Assembly (NCBI GenBank): GCA_036677365.1
Contig: JAVBWN010000022.1
Location: forward strand, 1 to 59,797
Direction: 5' to 3'
Source of the DNA: Acholeplasma sp.
Lineage (GTDB): Bacteria > Bacillota_I > Bacilli_A > Acholeplasmatales > UBA5453
DNA length: 59,797 nt
The notes beneath the pieces are model-generated. The model saw only the letters and a list, made by a program, of their open reading frames with translations. It was not told the origin of the DNA and did no database searches. Made by a program: the position numbers and the translations under genes. Of this stretch, positions 10,797 through 23,468 are shown piece after piece (the first letter of the stretch is position 1; each line of letters starts with the position of its first letter).

Positions 10797-11673
10797 AGCC
10801 AAATGATTTCAAATCAGATGGGCGGTTTCGCCAGTCTTTTTTGACTTTTACCCACAGCATCAAATGGATTTTGGTGTCGAGTATTTTATTGATTTCTTTT
10901 CTGGCTTCAGTACCGATTTGCTTTAACATATCGCCACCTTTACCGATCAAGATTTGCTTTTGGGTATTCCGCTCAACAACGATGGTCGCGTGAACTTCGT
11001 AGACACCTTGGTTCATTTCTGTGTGTTCGATGACCACTGCAACCGCGTGGGGTACTTCTTCTTGGGTATGGTACAAGACTTTTTCACGGATGATTTCTGA
11101 CATCAATTGGAAATCGCTTTGGTCAGTAATTTCGTCTTCAGAAAATAAAGGGTAACCCACAGGCAATCTTCCAACCAACTCTTCAATCAATTTATCCAAA
11201 TTGGTCCCTTCTAAGGCAGAAATTGGATAGAATCCTGCAAATGGGTATGCATTCATGTAACTGATGATGATTTTATCGATTTGAATTTTCGATTTTAACG
11301 TGTCCACTTTATTAATGATTAAGTACACAGGTGAGGTAATGCCTTGAAATAGACGAATGACGTGGTCTTCAGCGAGTCCTTTTTCGCCATCGACCATGAA
11401 CAAAACAGCATCCATGCCATCAATCGATGATTGGGCAGTTTGGTCTAATAATCGACCCAACTCATGCTTGGGTTTGTGGATCCCTGGGGTATCGACAAAT
11501 ACCATTTGATAATCCTCAGTGGTTTTAATCCCTAAAATACGGTTACGGGTCGTTTGAGGTTTTGGCGATGTGATCGCAATCTTTTGTCCGATGATCGCAT
11601 TCAAAAATGTCGATTTACCGACATTGGGTCTGCCCACAATGCTGATAAATCCGCTTCTAAAATTCGTTTTCAT
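10780..11673 (-). CDS. era: GTPase Era
   Basis: GRPNVGKST, PQTTR, DTPG, NKVD, KH domain. Confidence 0.97.
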   Translation of the reverse strand: MKTNFRSGFISIVGRPNVGKSTFLNAIIGQKIAITSPKPQTTRNRILGIKTTEDYQMVFVDTPGIHKPKHELGRLLDQTAQSSIDGMDAVLFMVDGEKGLAEDHVIRLFQGITSPVYLIINKVDTLKSKIQIDKIIISYMNAYPFAGFYPISALEGTNLDKLIEELVGRLPVGYPLFSEDEITDQSDFQLMSEIIREKVLYHTQEEVPHAVAVVIEHTEMNQGVYEVHATIVVERNTQKQILIGKGGDMLKQIGTEARKEINKILDTKIHLMLWVKVKKDWRNRPSDLKSFGYDNHD

Positions 11674-12070
11674 GGTGTTCAATCTCATCGAATGCATAAG
11701 GTAATAATTCTTTCATCGATGTTTCTTTAATTTTACCCGTGAGGTTGGATAAGAAGATGGGTGTGTTTTTTTCTAATAATTCATTCATCACTTGGCGGCA
11801 TGCCCCACACGGACTGATGGGGTTCAAGGTGTCACCTGTGATCGCCATCATGAGGATATCGTCTTTACGATAACCCAGACTGTAGGCTTGGAATAAAGCA
11901 CTGCGTTCTGCACAGTTTGATAACCCAAATGAGGCATTTTCGATGTTAGCGCCATGAATGACTTTGCCATCTTTCATGAGTAAGGCAGCACCTACACCAA
12001 ATTTGGAGTATGGTGAATAGGTTTGTTTTCTGGCCAGAATGGCTTCTTTTACCAATTGTTCTTTTGTCAT
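11657..12070 (-). CDS. cdd: Cytidine deaminase
   Basis: PYSKF.VGAA, CAER, PCGACRQ. Confidence 0.96.
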   Translation of the reverse strand: MTKEQLVKEAILARKQTYSPYSKFGVGAALLMKDGKVIHGANIENASFGLSNCAERSALFQAYSLGYRKDDILMMAITGDTLNPISPCGACRQVMNELLEKNTPIFLSNLTGKIKETSMKELLPYAFDEIEHHENEF

Positions 12071-12483
12071 GATGCTTTCCTTTCAAGCGAAGCGCGTTTT
12101 AAAATAGCTTCTTGCTTCGCGAACATGATTTGTTCTTCGGCTTCTGTATGGTGGTCATAACCGAGTAAATGTAAGTAACCGTGGACCGCTAAAAAGCCTA
12201 TCTCACGTTCTAATGTGTGTCCATAATCTTCCGCTTGTTCTTTAGCACGGTCTAAACAGATGAATATATCGCCAATGTAGTCGTCTTCTTGGTCTGGAAA
12301 ACTGATCACATCGGTCACTTTATCGATGTTGCGATACGTACGATTCATCTCTTGGATTTGGTCTTTTGTCAAGAAAACGATGTTCATCTCGTGTTTCTCT
12401 TCGATAAAACTGAATATGTGTGTGATGAGTTGTTCTGCACGTTCGGTTTGTTCTTCGGTTTGATTGAAAAATTGAATATCCAT
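12067..12483 (-). CDS. ybeY: rRNA maturation endoribonuclease YbeY
   Basis: TDVISF, HGYLHLLGYDH. Confidence 0.96.
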   Translation of the reverse strand: MDIQFFNQTEEQTERAEQLITHIFSFIEEKHEMNIVFLTKDQIQEMNRTYRNIDKVTDVISFPDQEDDYIGDIFICLDRAKEQAEDYGHTLEREIGFLAVHGYLHLLGYDHHTEAEEQIMFAKQEAILKRASLERKAS

Positions 12484-13427
12484 CAGTCATCATACCTTTC
12501 CAATATTTTTTGAACCAATGGGTTTCTGACCACATCTAAGCGTTTAAAGTGAATCACTTTGATTGCATCGATATTGGCTAGTTTTTGAATGGCTTCATTC
12601 AACCCTGAAGCCACCCCTTTGGGTAAATCGGCTTGTGAAGGGTCCCCAGTAATGACCATTTTGGATGAAAACCCGAGTCTGGTTAAAAACATTTTCATTT
12701 GGGTGTGTGTTGTATTTTGAGCTTCATCGAGAATGATGAAGGCATTTTCTAGGGTTCGACCCCTCATATAGGCTAGTGGCGCAATTTCAATAACCCCTTT
12801 TTCCAACAACGAATTGGTCATTTCTACCCCTAAAAACTCATATAAAGCATCATAGAGCGGGATTAAATACGGATCTACTTTTTCTTTTAAATCACCTGGT
12901 AAAAACCCAAGAGATTCACCAGCTTCCACCGCTGGTCTGGTCAAAATCAATTTTTTAACTTTATTTTCTTTCAAGTAGCTGACCGCAAGCGCAACCGCTA
13001 AATATGTCTTACCTGTACCTGCAGGCCCTACCCCAAACACCATATCGGATTGTGTAATGGCATCGGCATAGATGGCTTGGGTGAATGTTTTAGGGTAAAT
13101 CGGTCTACCTTGTTGATTTAAGATGATTTGTTTGCGTCTTAAGAATAAGTTGGCGGCATGTTCGATCTCATTGGCCTCAGCCAGTTTAATGAGATAGATC
13201 ACGTCACGTTCGGTGATGGTAACTTTAGGTGCGATCTCAATCATGACTGATAATACCGACTCCATCATCGAAATCACTTTAGGATCTGTGGCATCCGTAT
13301 GAAACTCATCGCCATTGAGTACCAACATATAGTCAAAATAGGTCTTAAAGACCTCTAGGTTCTTATCAAACGCACCCACGATATTATAACTGAGTTGTGG
13401 GTCTTTCAGTTGAATGCTTAATTTCAT
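12483..13427 (-). CDS. phoH: PhoH family ATPase
   Basis: GPAGTGKT, RPAVEAGE.LGFLPG, MRGRT, DEAQN. Confidence 0.95.
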   Translation of the reverse strand: MKLSIQLKDPQLSYNIVGAFDKNLEVFKTYFDYMLVLNGDEFHTDATDPKVISMMESVLSVMIEIAPKVTITERDVIYLIKLAEANEIEHAANLFLRRKQIILNQQGRPIYPKTFTQAIYADAITQSDMVFGVGPAGTGKTYLAVALAVSYLKENKVKKLILTRPAVEAGESLGFLPGDLKEKVDPYLIPLYDALYEFLGVEMTNSLLEKGVIEIAPLAYMRGRTLENAFIILDEAQNTTHTQMKMFLTRLGFSSKMVITGDPSQADLPKGVASGLNEAIQKLANIDAIKVIHFKRLDVVRNPLVQKILERYDD

Positions 13428-13509
13428 TTAACCACTCCTGGGTTTATTATATCATAATAAAGGTAAATAATTATGCTTTTATCAAAGAAAAAAGCACAAT
13501 TTGATGTGC

Positions 13510-13683
13510 TTATTTTTTATTGCTTCTAGCTGCTTGGCGCTTCATTTTACGATCCACACTTGGTTTCACATAAAATTCGCGTTTACGTGCTTCTGCGAGG
13601 GTACCGGATCTGGATACGTCACGTTTAAAACGACGCAATGCATCTTCAATTGATTCGGATTCACGTACTACGATTTTAGGCAT
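13510..13683 (-). CDS. rpsU: 30S ribosomal protein S21 (not in ORF track)
   Basis: [68 protein letters not shown]. Confidence 0.96.
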   Translation of the reverse strand: MPKIVVRESESIEDALRRFKRDVSRSGTLAEARKREFYVKPSVDRKMKRQAARSNKK

Positions 13684-13768
13684 GTCTGCCCTCCTTCCGC
13701 ACTTTAAAATCTAAAGCCGTTATCATTATATCGAATTCATATAGATTTGTAAAGCCTTTTAATAGAAA

Positions 13769-14479
13769 TCATGATCTTTTTGTTTCTAAAATACCATCGA
13801 TGACAGACAAGCCATAAAGACAAGCGACTTCGGTTTGTAAAATGCGGTTTCCTAACCCCACTGAAACAAACCCCTTATCTTTTAGTAAAGCCATTTCCGA
13901 TTCATCGATACCACCTTCTGGACCAACCAATAATGCAATCGATTCATTGGGTTTCACCCGATGAATTTTATCTAAAAATGGCGTTTCCCGATCATTTTCA
14001 TAGGCGACAAAAGCATGGTCAAATGGTGTAATCAATTGTTTTAAACTGGGGATAAAGATGACTTTTGGTACCGTATTTCGATGTGCAAGTCTGGCACTTT
14101 CGAGGGCAATCTTCTCATAACGGTCCTTTTTTTTGTCCCAAGTTTGGGTATCCATCTTTGAAATACTGCGTTTCATTTCGACAAAAATGATGGTATCCAC
14201 GCCAAATTGGGTGGCGTATTTGACGACAAATTCATTTTTATCGCCTTTAGCAATCCCTTGTATGAGGGTGATCGAATTGGTTTTATGAACCGTTTCGAGT
14301 GAAGCAATTCTTTCAAATAAAACTCGTGTGTTATCCACCGTCAATCTTGCTAAAAAACAAGCCCCATCCGTATCACAAAGTTCGACTTCATCATTCGTTT
14401 TCATACGCATCACATGTCGGATATGGTGGATATCTTCGATTTGGATTTGATTTTTTTCATCTAAAAAATAACGTTGCAT
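13769..14479 (-). CDS. rsmE: 16S rRNA m3U1498 methyltransferase
   Basis: MQRYF, HIRHVMRM, VGPEGG, LGNRILQTE. Confidence 0.93.
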   Translation of the reverse strand: MQRYFLDEKNQIQIEDIHHIRHVMRMKTNDEVELCDTDGACFLARLTVDNTRVLFERIASLETVHKTNSITLIQGIAKGDKNEFVVKYATQFGVDTIIFVEMKRSISKMDTQTWDKKKDRYEKIALESARLAHRNTVPKVIFIPSLKQLITPFDHAFVAYENDRETPFLDKIHRVKPNESIALLVGPEGGIDESEMALLKDKGFVSVGLGNRILQTEVACLYGLSVIDGILETKRS

Positions 14480-14596
14480 CGTTCTCACCTAAATTCATAA
14501 ATATACTATCATATTTCAGTCAATAATCGAAGCATAAATCAAATTTAGATCACCCTTTGAAAAGATGCATTATAATGTTACCAAAGGGGTGATTGT

Positions 14597-15250
14597 ATGA
14601 TTCGTAAAAACGAGTGGAATAATATACTATACTTGATCGATGCCTTAATGGCTTCGATTCTGCTAGTAATCGGTGGTTTATATTTGATTCAAAACCCGAT
14701 TTGGGATGTTCAAAACTGGTATGTCATCGCTTTTTCGAATAGTCTTATTGTATTATTGGTCATTCAGTTACCCTCATTGTTGAAGTGGCGATGCCACATT
14801 GAATTCAGCAAACTGATGACGGCTACTTTTTATATTTTTGTCTTTTTAACGTTGATTGTCGGTGAAGCCATTGGTGTCTATCGGGTGGCTACCTTTTACG
14901 ATTCATTCGTGCATTTTTTAGGTGGATTTGTGCTGGCTTTGACTGGATATTATATTTTTAATCATTTATCAAAGGATAACAACAAATTCCTCCTTATTCT
15001 ATTCATCCTTGGGTTTCAAGCCTTATTTGGCACCATTTGGGAGATATTCGAGTATGGCCTAGATTTCTTGATTGGATCAAATACCCAAAGTTACTTTGAT
15101 GACATCACACAAACCTTATTTATCGGACAAGAAGCTTTAAAAGATACCATGTTGGATTTCATATTCAACACTTTAGGCGCGATCGCATTCATTCTTATTT
15201 TACCGAAAATCAAAACATCGTGGATTACAAACAAAAACCTGAGCACTTAG
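14597..15250 (+). CDS. Polytopic membrane protein (DUF2238/VanZ-like)
   Basis: Several TM helices; YDSFVHF, WEIFEY, DTMLD motifs. Confidence 0.7.
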   Translation: MIRKNEWNNILYLIDALMASILLVIGGLYLIQNPIWDVQNWYVIAFSNSLIVLLVIQLPSLLKWRCHIEFSKLMTATFYIFVFLTLIVGEAIGVYRVATFYDSFVHFLGGFVLALTGYYIFNHLSKDNNKFLLILFILGFQALFGTIWEIFEYGLDFLIGSNTQSYFDDITQTLFIGQEALKDTMLDFIFNTLGAIAFILILPKIKTSWITNKNLST

Positions 15251-15257
15251 CCCAGGT

Positions 15258-16409
15258 TTATTTATTTTCTTCTGAACGGCCAGGATGGTCGTCATCATCA
15301 TCTTCATCATCGTCATCTTTGTCACGACCATAATCTTGATGACCACGATTGCCCATCATGTCGTCTTTATCGCCTTTTTGATTGGTAATTTCATAACGAT
15401 ATTGATTGGTATTGGTGAGTGGGTCGATGACAACGGAAACCTCGATATTTCCTTTTTCTTCAAAATCATCGCCCTCATATTCATATTCAGCCCTGATTTT
15501 AGCCATCCCATTCGCTTCAATACGAGTGGCTTTGAGTTTTACTTCGATGTCTTCAATTTCATTTTCATAATCCAATCGGATTTGTAAGGTATTACCGAAG
15601 GTTTCTAAACGGACAGTTGATTTTTCTTTTCGTTCACCCGCTTGGTAAACCTGATATTCAAACCATTGTGTGTTTTGAACTTCTCTTGAAATAAATAAGA
15701 CATAGTGGGTATCTTTTAAAGCTTTATTTTGATAGGTCTTGGTTGTGATGATGGTTTCTGCACCATCGATTGATTTGACGCCTTCAAGATAAAACTGTTT
15801 TTGTTCCAAAACCAATAAACCCGTCGTGATGGTGTCGCCATCCATCATCTCTTCATTGTAATGGAATACATAAATCGCCGTATCTTGATTCAAATTGAAT
15901 ATTTGATAAGACACTTGATAAGTATACTCCGATAGTGTGGATGGTACTGGGTCAGAAAACTCAAGGGTTTGGTTGCTACTGATGAACAATTCAATCATGT
16001 TGAAATAAGGATTCAGTAAGCCCACGCGCTGTTTGATTTTGGTTTCTTGTTGCATCATGCTGCTTAAGAGAACCATTGGATTGGTTTGATTTAACTGAAT
16101 GTCGATGGCATTCAATAATGTTGAGGATGAAATTGCACTGAATGAGTATGTTTTTTCAGCAGTTAATGTCATCGGTGTCTCGATTGGGTTATTCGGTCGA
16201 TTGTTTAATGCAATGAGTCCAATGATCAGCATGATTGCAGCCGTAAGGGATAATGATAATGCAGCGAATCGATTTTTAATGGCATAAAACATTTTCGGCT
16301 TGGGTTTGTCAAGGATTTCAATGCTTTGTAAATCAATACGCGACAAAACGTCTGGAATTTGTGTGTCCAAATGATTTTTCAATAGTTTTTTGATGTCTTT
16401 ATTGTTCAT
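15258..16409 (-). CDS. Putative transmembrane anti-sigma factor with large ectodomain
   Basis: Short cytoplasmic N-terminus (PDVLSRI), single TM, ATGA overlap with ECF sigma stop, Asp-rich tail. Confidence 0.72.
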   Translation of the reverse strand: MNNKDIKKLLKNHLDTQIPDVLSRIDLQSIEILDKPKPKMFYAIKNRFAALSLSLTAAIMLIIGLIALNNRPNNPIETPMTLTAEKTYSFSAISSSTLLNAIDIQLNQTNPMVLLSSMMQQETKIKQRVGLLNPYFNMIELFISSNQTLEFSDPVPSTLSEYTYQVSYQIFNLNQDTAIYVFHYNEEMMDGDTITTGLLVLEQKQFYLEGVKSIDGAETIITTKTYQNKALKDTHYVLFISREVQNTQWFEYQVYQAGERKEKSTVRLETFGNTLQIRLDYENEIEDIEVKLKATRIEANGMAKIRAEYEYEGDDFEEKGNIEVSVVIDPLTNTNQYRYEITNQKGDKDDMMGNRGHQDYGRDKDDDDEDDDDDHPGRSEENK

Positions 16410-16924
16410 TTTGTCGCCTCCGTTCGCATTTTTTTTAATGCATTTTGATACATCCAAAGCACCGTTCCTAATGGTTTATTAACCATTTTTCCAATCTCTT
16501 TAAACGTATATTCATCGATGATATGTAATAAAACAATTTCCCGTTCAATCGGATCCAAGATTTTCATCAAAGCGGTTACCAGTGCTTGGTTTTCATGATT
16601 GACTGGTGCTGTTTTATATTTTACATTCAAGGTTTCTTCGGATTGATACTCAACTTTTCCAACCCCACGATAGTGATCCATCGTCAAATTATAGGCGATA
16701 CTGCCTAACCACTTGATGAACTTACCATTTTTGGTATAACTCTTGATATGTTTGATGGCTTTGATGTATGTTTCTTGCATCAAATCTTCGATGGTGTTGG
16801 GGTCTTTGATTTTTTGTTTGATGATTGCGTAAACGACTGTTTTGGATGCGTCATAAACGGCTCTAAAAGCTTCATCGTCTTTGGCTATGATTAAATCGAT
16901 ATAATCGTCGTAATTGAATGACAT
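16406..16924 (-). CDS. ECF RNA polymerase sigma factor
   Basis: DDEAF, EDLMQETYIK, KWLGSIAYN, TFKEIG...PLGTV; ATG 16924 with GGAGGG RBS. Confidence 0.92.
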   Translation of the reverse strand: MSFNYDDYIDLIIAKDDEAFRAVYDASKTVVYAIIKQKIKDPNTIEDLMQETYIKAIKHIKSYTKNGKFIKWLGSIAYNLTMDHYRGVGKVEYQSEETLNVKYKTAPVNHENQALVTALMKILDPIEREIVLLHIIDEYTFKEIGKMVNKPLGTVLWMYQNALKKMRTEATK

Positions 16925-16985
16925 GTTCCCCCTCCAATCACGACGATTATACCATATTTTCAAGTGTGTTTTATAGTTGCTTCAG

Positions 16986-18065
16986 TTATGGACGCTTACC
17001 TTGACCGTTATCATTGTCATCATCTTTGCCATGACCATGGTGACCACGACCAATTTCTCTGTCTTTACCAAAAGCGTGACCATCACGTTCACCGACGATT
17101 TGATAGGTATACGTGGTTTCTTGGGTCACTTCATCGACATTGATGGTAATTTTAATCATGCCACGTTCAATTTCTTGACCATCTTGATCAATTTCATACT
17201 TGATGAATAAATCGTAGTCTTCGTTATCCGCATACTTGAATGAGTATCTTGCTTCCAATGTTTCGGTTTGATAAACCAACATGACTTTGGATTCGCCATC
17301 TTCATTTTCTACTTTGATGCTGGTTTTGTTAACGATCACGCCATCGGTCATTTGTACAAATTTAAATTTTTGTTCATCGTCTTCGGTTTCAAAACTGATT
17401 CTGATGAAATTCAATTCATCGATTAGAGCAATAAACTTATACTCAGTTTCATCGTCTTCGACTTCTTTTCTACCCAACAATGTATATTCAATACTGTTGA
17501 CAATCATTAGACCTTCAAGTTCAGTCACGATTTCATCGTTTTCTTCATCGTCGAATAAGTCATCGTGATCATGATTGCGTCCCCCACGGGTACGTCTTTC
17601 ACTTGGGACTTGTTCATCTTCAGTTTCGGAGGATTCTTCAGTTTCATCTTCAACTTCAGGTAGAATTTCTACTTCATTGTAATAGACGGTATAGTCTACA
17701 ATATTCCCAAGGGCATCTTTAGCTTGATAAATGGCCATGTATTGATATTCAACACGGTCTGATGCTTGTTGAATGACATTGAGTGGTGCACTTGAATTCA
17801 AGAATGTTTCAACCATCAACAGATATTTTTCCAATACAGGGTCTGTATCGGTGATTGGGTCTTCTGTGACAGGTTCATCGGTGGTTTCCATTGAAGTACT
17901 CACTTGGGTAGCTTGTGATTGTGCTAAGACCTCACCCATCGATACGATGGATAATGAATAGACATCATTTTCTGTGTAATGGATGGTTTGGTTTGAAAGA
18001 TTGCAACCAACCAATCCTGTGATTAATAAGAACATCATTAAAGCGGTTAAACCAATTTTCTTCAT
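16986..18065 (-). CDS. Acidic lipoprotein of unknown function, paralogous to the downstream anti-sigma ectodomain
   Basis: MKK-hydrophobic-LVGC lipobox; colinear similarity to 15258..16409. Confidence 0.8.
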   Translation of the reverse strand: MKKIGLTALMMFLLITGLVGCNLSNQTIHYTENDVYSLSIVSMGEVLAQSQATQVSTSMETTDEPVTEDPITDTDPVLEKYLLMVETFLNSSAPLNVIQQASDRVEYQYMAIYQAKDALGNIVDYTVYYNEVEILPEVEDETEESSETEDEQVPSERRTRGGRNHDHDDLFDDEENDEIVTELEGLMIVNSIEYTLLGRKEVEDDETEYKFIALIDELNFIRISFETEDDEQKFKFVQMTDGVIVNKTSIKVENEDGESKVMLVYQTETLEARYSFKYADNEDYDLFIKYEIDQDGQEIERGMIKITINVDEVTQETTYTYQIVGERDGHAFGKDREIGRGHHGHGKDDDNDNGQGKRP

Positions 18066-18101
18066 TGTATAGTTCTCCTTTGGTTTGATTTACACCCAAT
18101 A

Positions 18102-18127
18102 TACGGTATCCCCAACCATTTTATTGG
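18102..18127 (-). promoter_or_regulatory. Candidate ECF-type promoter CCAAT-N17-CGTA upstream of the lipoprotein
   Basis: Lies between dnaJ terminator and lipoprotein RBS; resembles ECF AAC-N17-CGT; no TATAAT in this gap. Confidence 0.4.
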
Positions 18128-18170
18128 TAAAAAAGAAAAGAAACCGCAAAATTTGCAGTTTCTTGTGTTT

Positions 18171-19286
18171 TTAGCTCTTAAATAAGTTTTTAAAACGTTC
18201 CCAAGGGCTATCTTTAGGTTTTGGGTCCGCTTTTTCAAATTGTCTTAAAATGGTTTCTTGTTCTCTTGATAGGTTGGTTGGAACCTCAACTTGAACAATG
18301 ACCAATTGATCGCCTTTCTTACCCGTATTCACATTCGCGACACCTTTTTCACGCATGCGTAGGGTGGTGCCATTTTGTGTACCAGGGTTGATTTTTAGTG
18401 AAACATCGCCATAAATGGTAGGCACATCGATCGAATCACCCAAGGCTGCTTGAACAAATGAAATCGGTGCTTCTAAGATGATGTTGTCGCCATCACGCTT
18501 GAAGAATTTGTGGGGTTTAACTGAAAATCTTAAGTATAAATCGCCTGCAGGTCCACCATTCGCCCCGCCTTCACCATAGCCTGGCATGCGGAGTGACATG
18601 TTGTTATCGATACCTGCTGGAATTTTGACTTCGACATCTTTGGTGATTTTTTCACGGCCCGATCCATTACATGTTTTACATCTATTTTTGATTGTTTTAC
18701 CACGACCACCGCATTTTGGACAAGCCGCTTGTGAGCGGATGCTACCCAAAATGGTTCTTTGTTCAACAGTCACATAACCTGCGCCATGACAACGGTCACA
18801 GGTTTCAACATCTTTCGATGTTTGTCCACCATGGCCACCACAGACATGACACGATTGTTCAGTTTCAATTTTGATCGTTTTCTTGGTACCTAAAACAGCT
18901 TCTTCGAAGGTGATGTTCATGCGACGCTCTAAGTCGTCTCCACGGGCTGGTCCATTCGGGTCACGGCGTTGTTGACCGCCCCCACCAAAGAACGAACTGA
19001 AAATATCGGAGAATCCACCGAAACCTTCAAATCCACCAAAACCAGCACCTGCGCCTTGGCCAAACGGACCATTATGACCGTATTGGTCGTATTGTCTGCG
19101 TTTGTCAGGTTCACCCAAAGTATCGTAAGCTTCTTGAACTTCCTTAAATTTAGCTTCTGCATTGGGTTCACTCGAGACATCGGGGTGGTATTTTTTCGCA
19201 AGCGTACGGTAGGCTTTTTTAATTTCTTCCTCGGATGCTGTTTTACTTACACCCAGTACGTCATAATAATCTCTTTTTTCTGCCAT
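18171..19286 (-). CDS. dnaJ: Chaperone DnaJ
   Basis: J domain HPD, G/F region, four CxxCxGxG motifs. Confidence 0.98.
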   Translation of the reverse strand: MAEKRDYYDVLGVSKTASEEEIKKAYRTLAKKYHPDVSSEPNAEAKFKEVQEAYDTLGEPDKRRQYDQYGHNGPFGQGAGAGFGGFEGFGGFSDIFSSFFGGGGQQRRDPNGPARGDDLERRMNITFEEAVLGTKKTIKIETEQSCHVCGGHGGQTSKDVETCDRCHGAGYVTVEQRTILGSIRSQAACPKCGGRGKTIKNRCKTCNGSGREKITKDVEVKIPAGIDNNMSLRMPGYGEGGANGGPAGDLYLRFSVKPHKFFKRDGDNIILEAPISFVQAALGDSIDVPTIYGDVSLKINPGTQNGTTLRMREKGVANVNTGKKGDQLVIVQVEVPTNLSREQETILRQFEKADPKPKDSPWERFKNLFKS

Positions 19287-19302
19287 ATGTTAACCTTTCG
19301 TC

Positions 19303-19321
19303 AAAAGGGGCCGTAGCCCCT
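19303..19321 (-). terminator. Hairpin/terminator between dnaK and dnaJ
   Basis: AGGGGC-TACG-GCCCC-TTTT on minus strand. Confidence 0.7.
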
Positions 19322-19331
19322 CAAGTGGATT

Positions 19332-21714
<2,383 letters not shown>

Positions 21715-21732
21715 AAATGATCACCTCGTTCT

Positions 21733-22746
21733 TTATTTTTTGTAAAGCTTCGCGATATTTTTCGCAATATATTCCATCAGTGGGATGACCTTCGAATAAT
21801 CCATTCGGGTCGGACCGATGATGGCAATGGTGCCTGAATCTTCGTCGGTGACGGTGTAAGGCACAGATATGATGGTACAGGTATCGGTCGGCATATAGTC
21901 AGCTTCTTTACCGATTTTAATCGATAATTTATTGGTCCTACCGACGAGTCTAAGCAATTCTTTGCGGTCCAACATGTACATCAAGTCCTTGATTTGATTG
22001 ATGTCATTGAATTCTGGTTGAACCAGCATGTTGCCCATCCCGGTTAAATACACATTTTCTTCACTCATTTGTCTGAAGGCATTGACCACCGTATCGATGA
22101 TGCGTTCTTGATAATCCATGTATTCCATGAGGTTTTCTTCCATGAATGCATTTTTAAGAATTCTTTTCGCATCCTTCACAAATTGGTTTTCAAGCAAATC
22201 ATTCAAAGAGGAGATGATTTTCTTAAAGTCTAGCGCAGAAATGTGTTCTGGGATTTTGACGGTTTCGCTTTGAACGTGGCCTTTGTCAGTCACAATCAAC
22301 ACAACCGCTTCTTGATTGTATAATGGGATAAAGTCGATTTTTTTGATGCGTGCCAATAATTCGTTGGGTCCTAGCACCATCGACGTATAGTTGGTGAGTT
22401 CAGATAACAGATTGATGGCTTCTTTAACAGCGATTTCTTTATTGTTTTCATATTCCATAAAGATTCTATCGATGATGGGGAAGACTTCTTTGACATTATC
22501 ATCACGTGTGACTAAGTTTTCGACATAATAGCGATACCCCAAGTTCGATGGAATACGTCCGGAACTGGTGTGGGTTTTTTCGAGAAAACCCAATTCTTCG
22601 AGTTTCGCCATATCATATCGGAGCGTGGCCGATGAGAACCCTAAATAAGGCTTATCGGTCAATGCTTTAGAACCGACTGGGATACCATCATTGACATAGG
22701 CTTCTATGATGGCTTTTAAAATGAGTTTTTGTCGATTGGTTAACAC
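21733..22746 (-). CDS. hrcA: Heat-inducible transcription repressor HrcA
   Basis: PVGSK, SSATLR, HTSSGRIPS, IGPTRMDY. Confidence 0.97.
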   Translation of the reverse strand: MLTNRQKLILKAIIEAYVNDGIPVGSKALTDKPYLGFSSATLRYDMAKLEELGFLEKTHTSSGRIPSNLGYRYYVENLVTRDDNVKEVFPIIDRIFMEYENNKEIAVKEAINLLSELTNYTSMVLGPNELLARIKKIDFIPLYNQEAVVLIVTDKGHVQSETVKIPEHISALDFKKIISSLNDLLENQFVKDAKRILKNAFMEENLMEYMDYQERIIDTVVNAFRQMSEENVYLTGMGNMLVQPEFNDINQIKDLMYMLDRKELLRLVGRTNKLSIKIGKEADYMPTDTCTIISVPYTVTDEDSGTIAIIGPTRMDYSKVIPLMEYIAKNIAKLYKK

Positions 22747-22758
22747 AACTTCACCTCT

Positions 22759-22785
22759 TTAGCACTTACACTACTTCAGTGCCAA
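22759..22785. promoter_or_regulatory. CIRCE operator 1
   Basis: TTAGCACTT-N9-CAGTGCCAA vs consensus TTAGCACTC-N9-GAGTGCTAA. Confidence 0.88.
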
Positions 22786-22794
22786 CTCTATTGT

Positions 22795-22823
22795 ATTATA
22801 GGATTTTAGCACTGTCAAGTCAA
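22795..22823 (-). promoter_or_regulatory. SigA promoter of hrcA operon
   Basis: TTGACT-N17-TATAAT on minus strand. Confidence 0.8.
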
Positions 22824-22832
22824 AAGTGCTGA
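22806..22832. promoter_or_regulatory. CIRCE operator 2, overlapping the -35 element
   Basis: TTAGCACTG-N9-AAGTGCTGA. Confidence 0.85.
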
Positions 22833-22859
22833 AAAAGAAAAAAATCCCAAAATTCGGGA

Positions 22860-23468
22860 TCATTTTTTGAGTATTTTAACCACATATTCGTTGTGTTGTT
22901 TTTCATCTTTAAGCGTTGTTGGGCCATCATGTCCCGGAAACACTTTCATGGTTGAAGACAACTCTGTCAGGAGTCTTTTAATCGATTTGTTGAGTTGATT
23001 GGTAGACCCACCCACCAAATCGGTACGTCCAACACTACCTTTAAATAGGGTATCCCCTGTATATAATTCTTGTCTATATGCATAACAAACACTGCCTTTG
23101 GTATGCCCTGGGGTATGGTAGACTGTAATGAATTCATCCATGAATGGGATGGTATCTAAATCTTTAATGTATCGTAAATCCATACCGTGTAACTTCGGTA
23201 GCTTTAGTTTTAATGCTTTAGCGCCGCTTTGATCTTGGTCTTGCATGAGGATAAAATCATCCTTGTGCATGTACACAGGTACGTTGAAACGGTCGATCAA
23301 TTGGGTATGATCAATATGACCATGGGTCAATAAAATGGCTTTTAATGTATAGCCTTTCAATGCTTCTAGGATCGAAGCTTCATCGTGTGAAGGGTCGATG
23401 AGGATGGCACCATCAAATCTCTTTAGGATATAAACGTGGGATAAATCGTCGTTACCTTTAATATACAT
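22860..23468 (-). CDS. MBL-fold metallo-hydrolase (glyoxalase II-like)
   Basis: THGHIDH, TPGHT, GDTLF, PGH. Confidence 0.9.
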   Translation of the reverse strand: MYIKGNDDLSHVYILKRFDGAILIDPSHDEASILEALKGYTLKAILLTHGHIDHTQLIDRFNVPVYMHKDDFILMQDQDQSGAKALKLKLPKLHGMDLRYIKDLDTIPFMDEFITVYHTPGHTKGSVCYAYRQELYTGDTLFKGSVGRTDLVGGSTNQLNKSIKRLLTELSSTMKVFPGHDGPTTLKDEKQHNEYVVKILKK

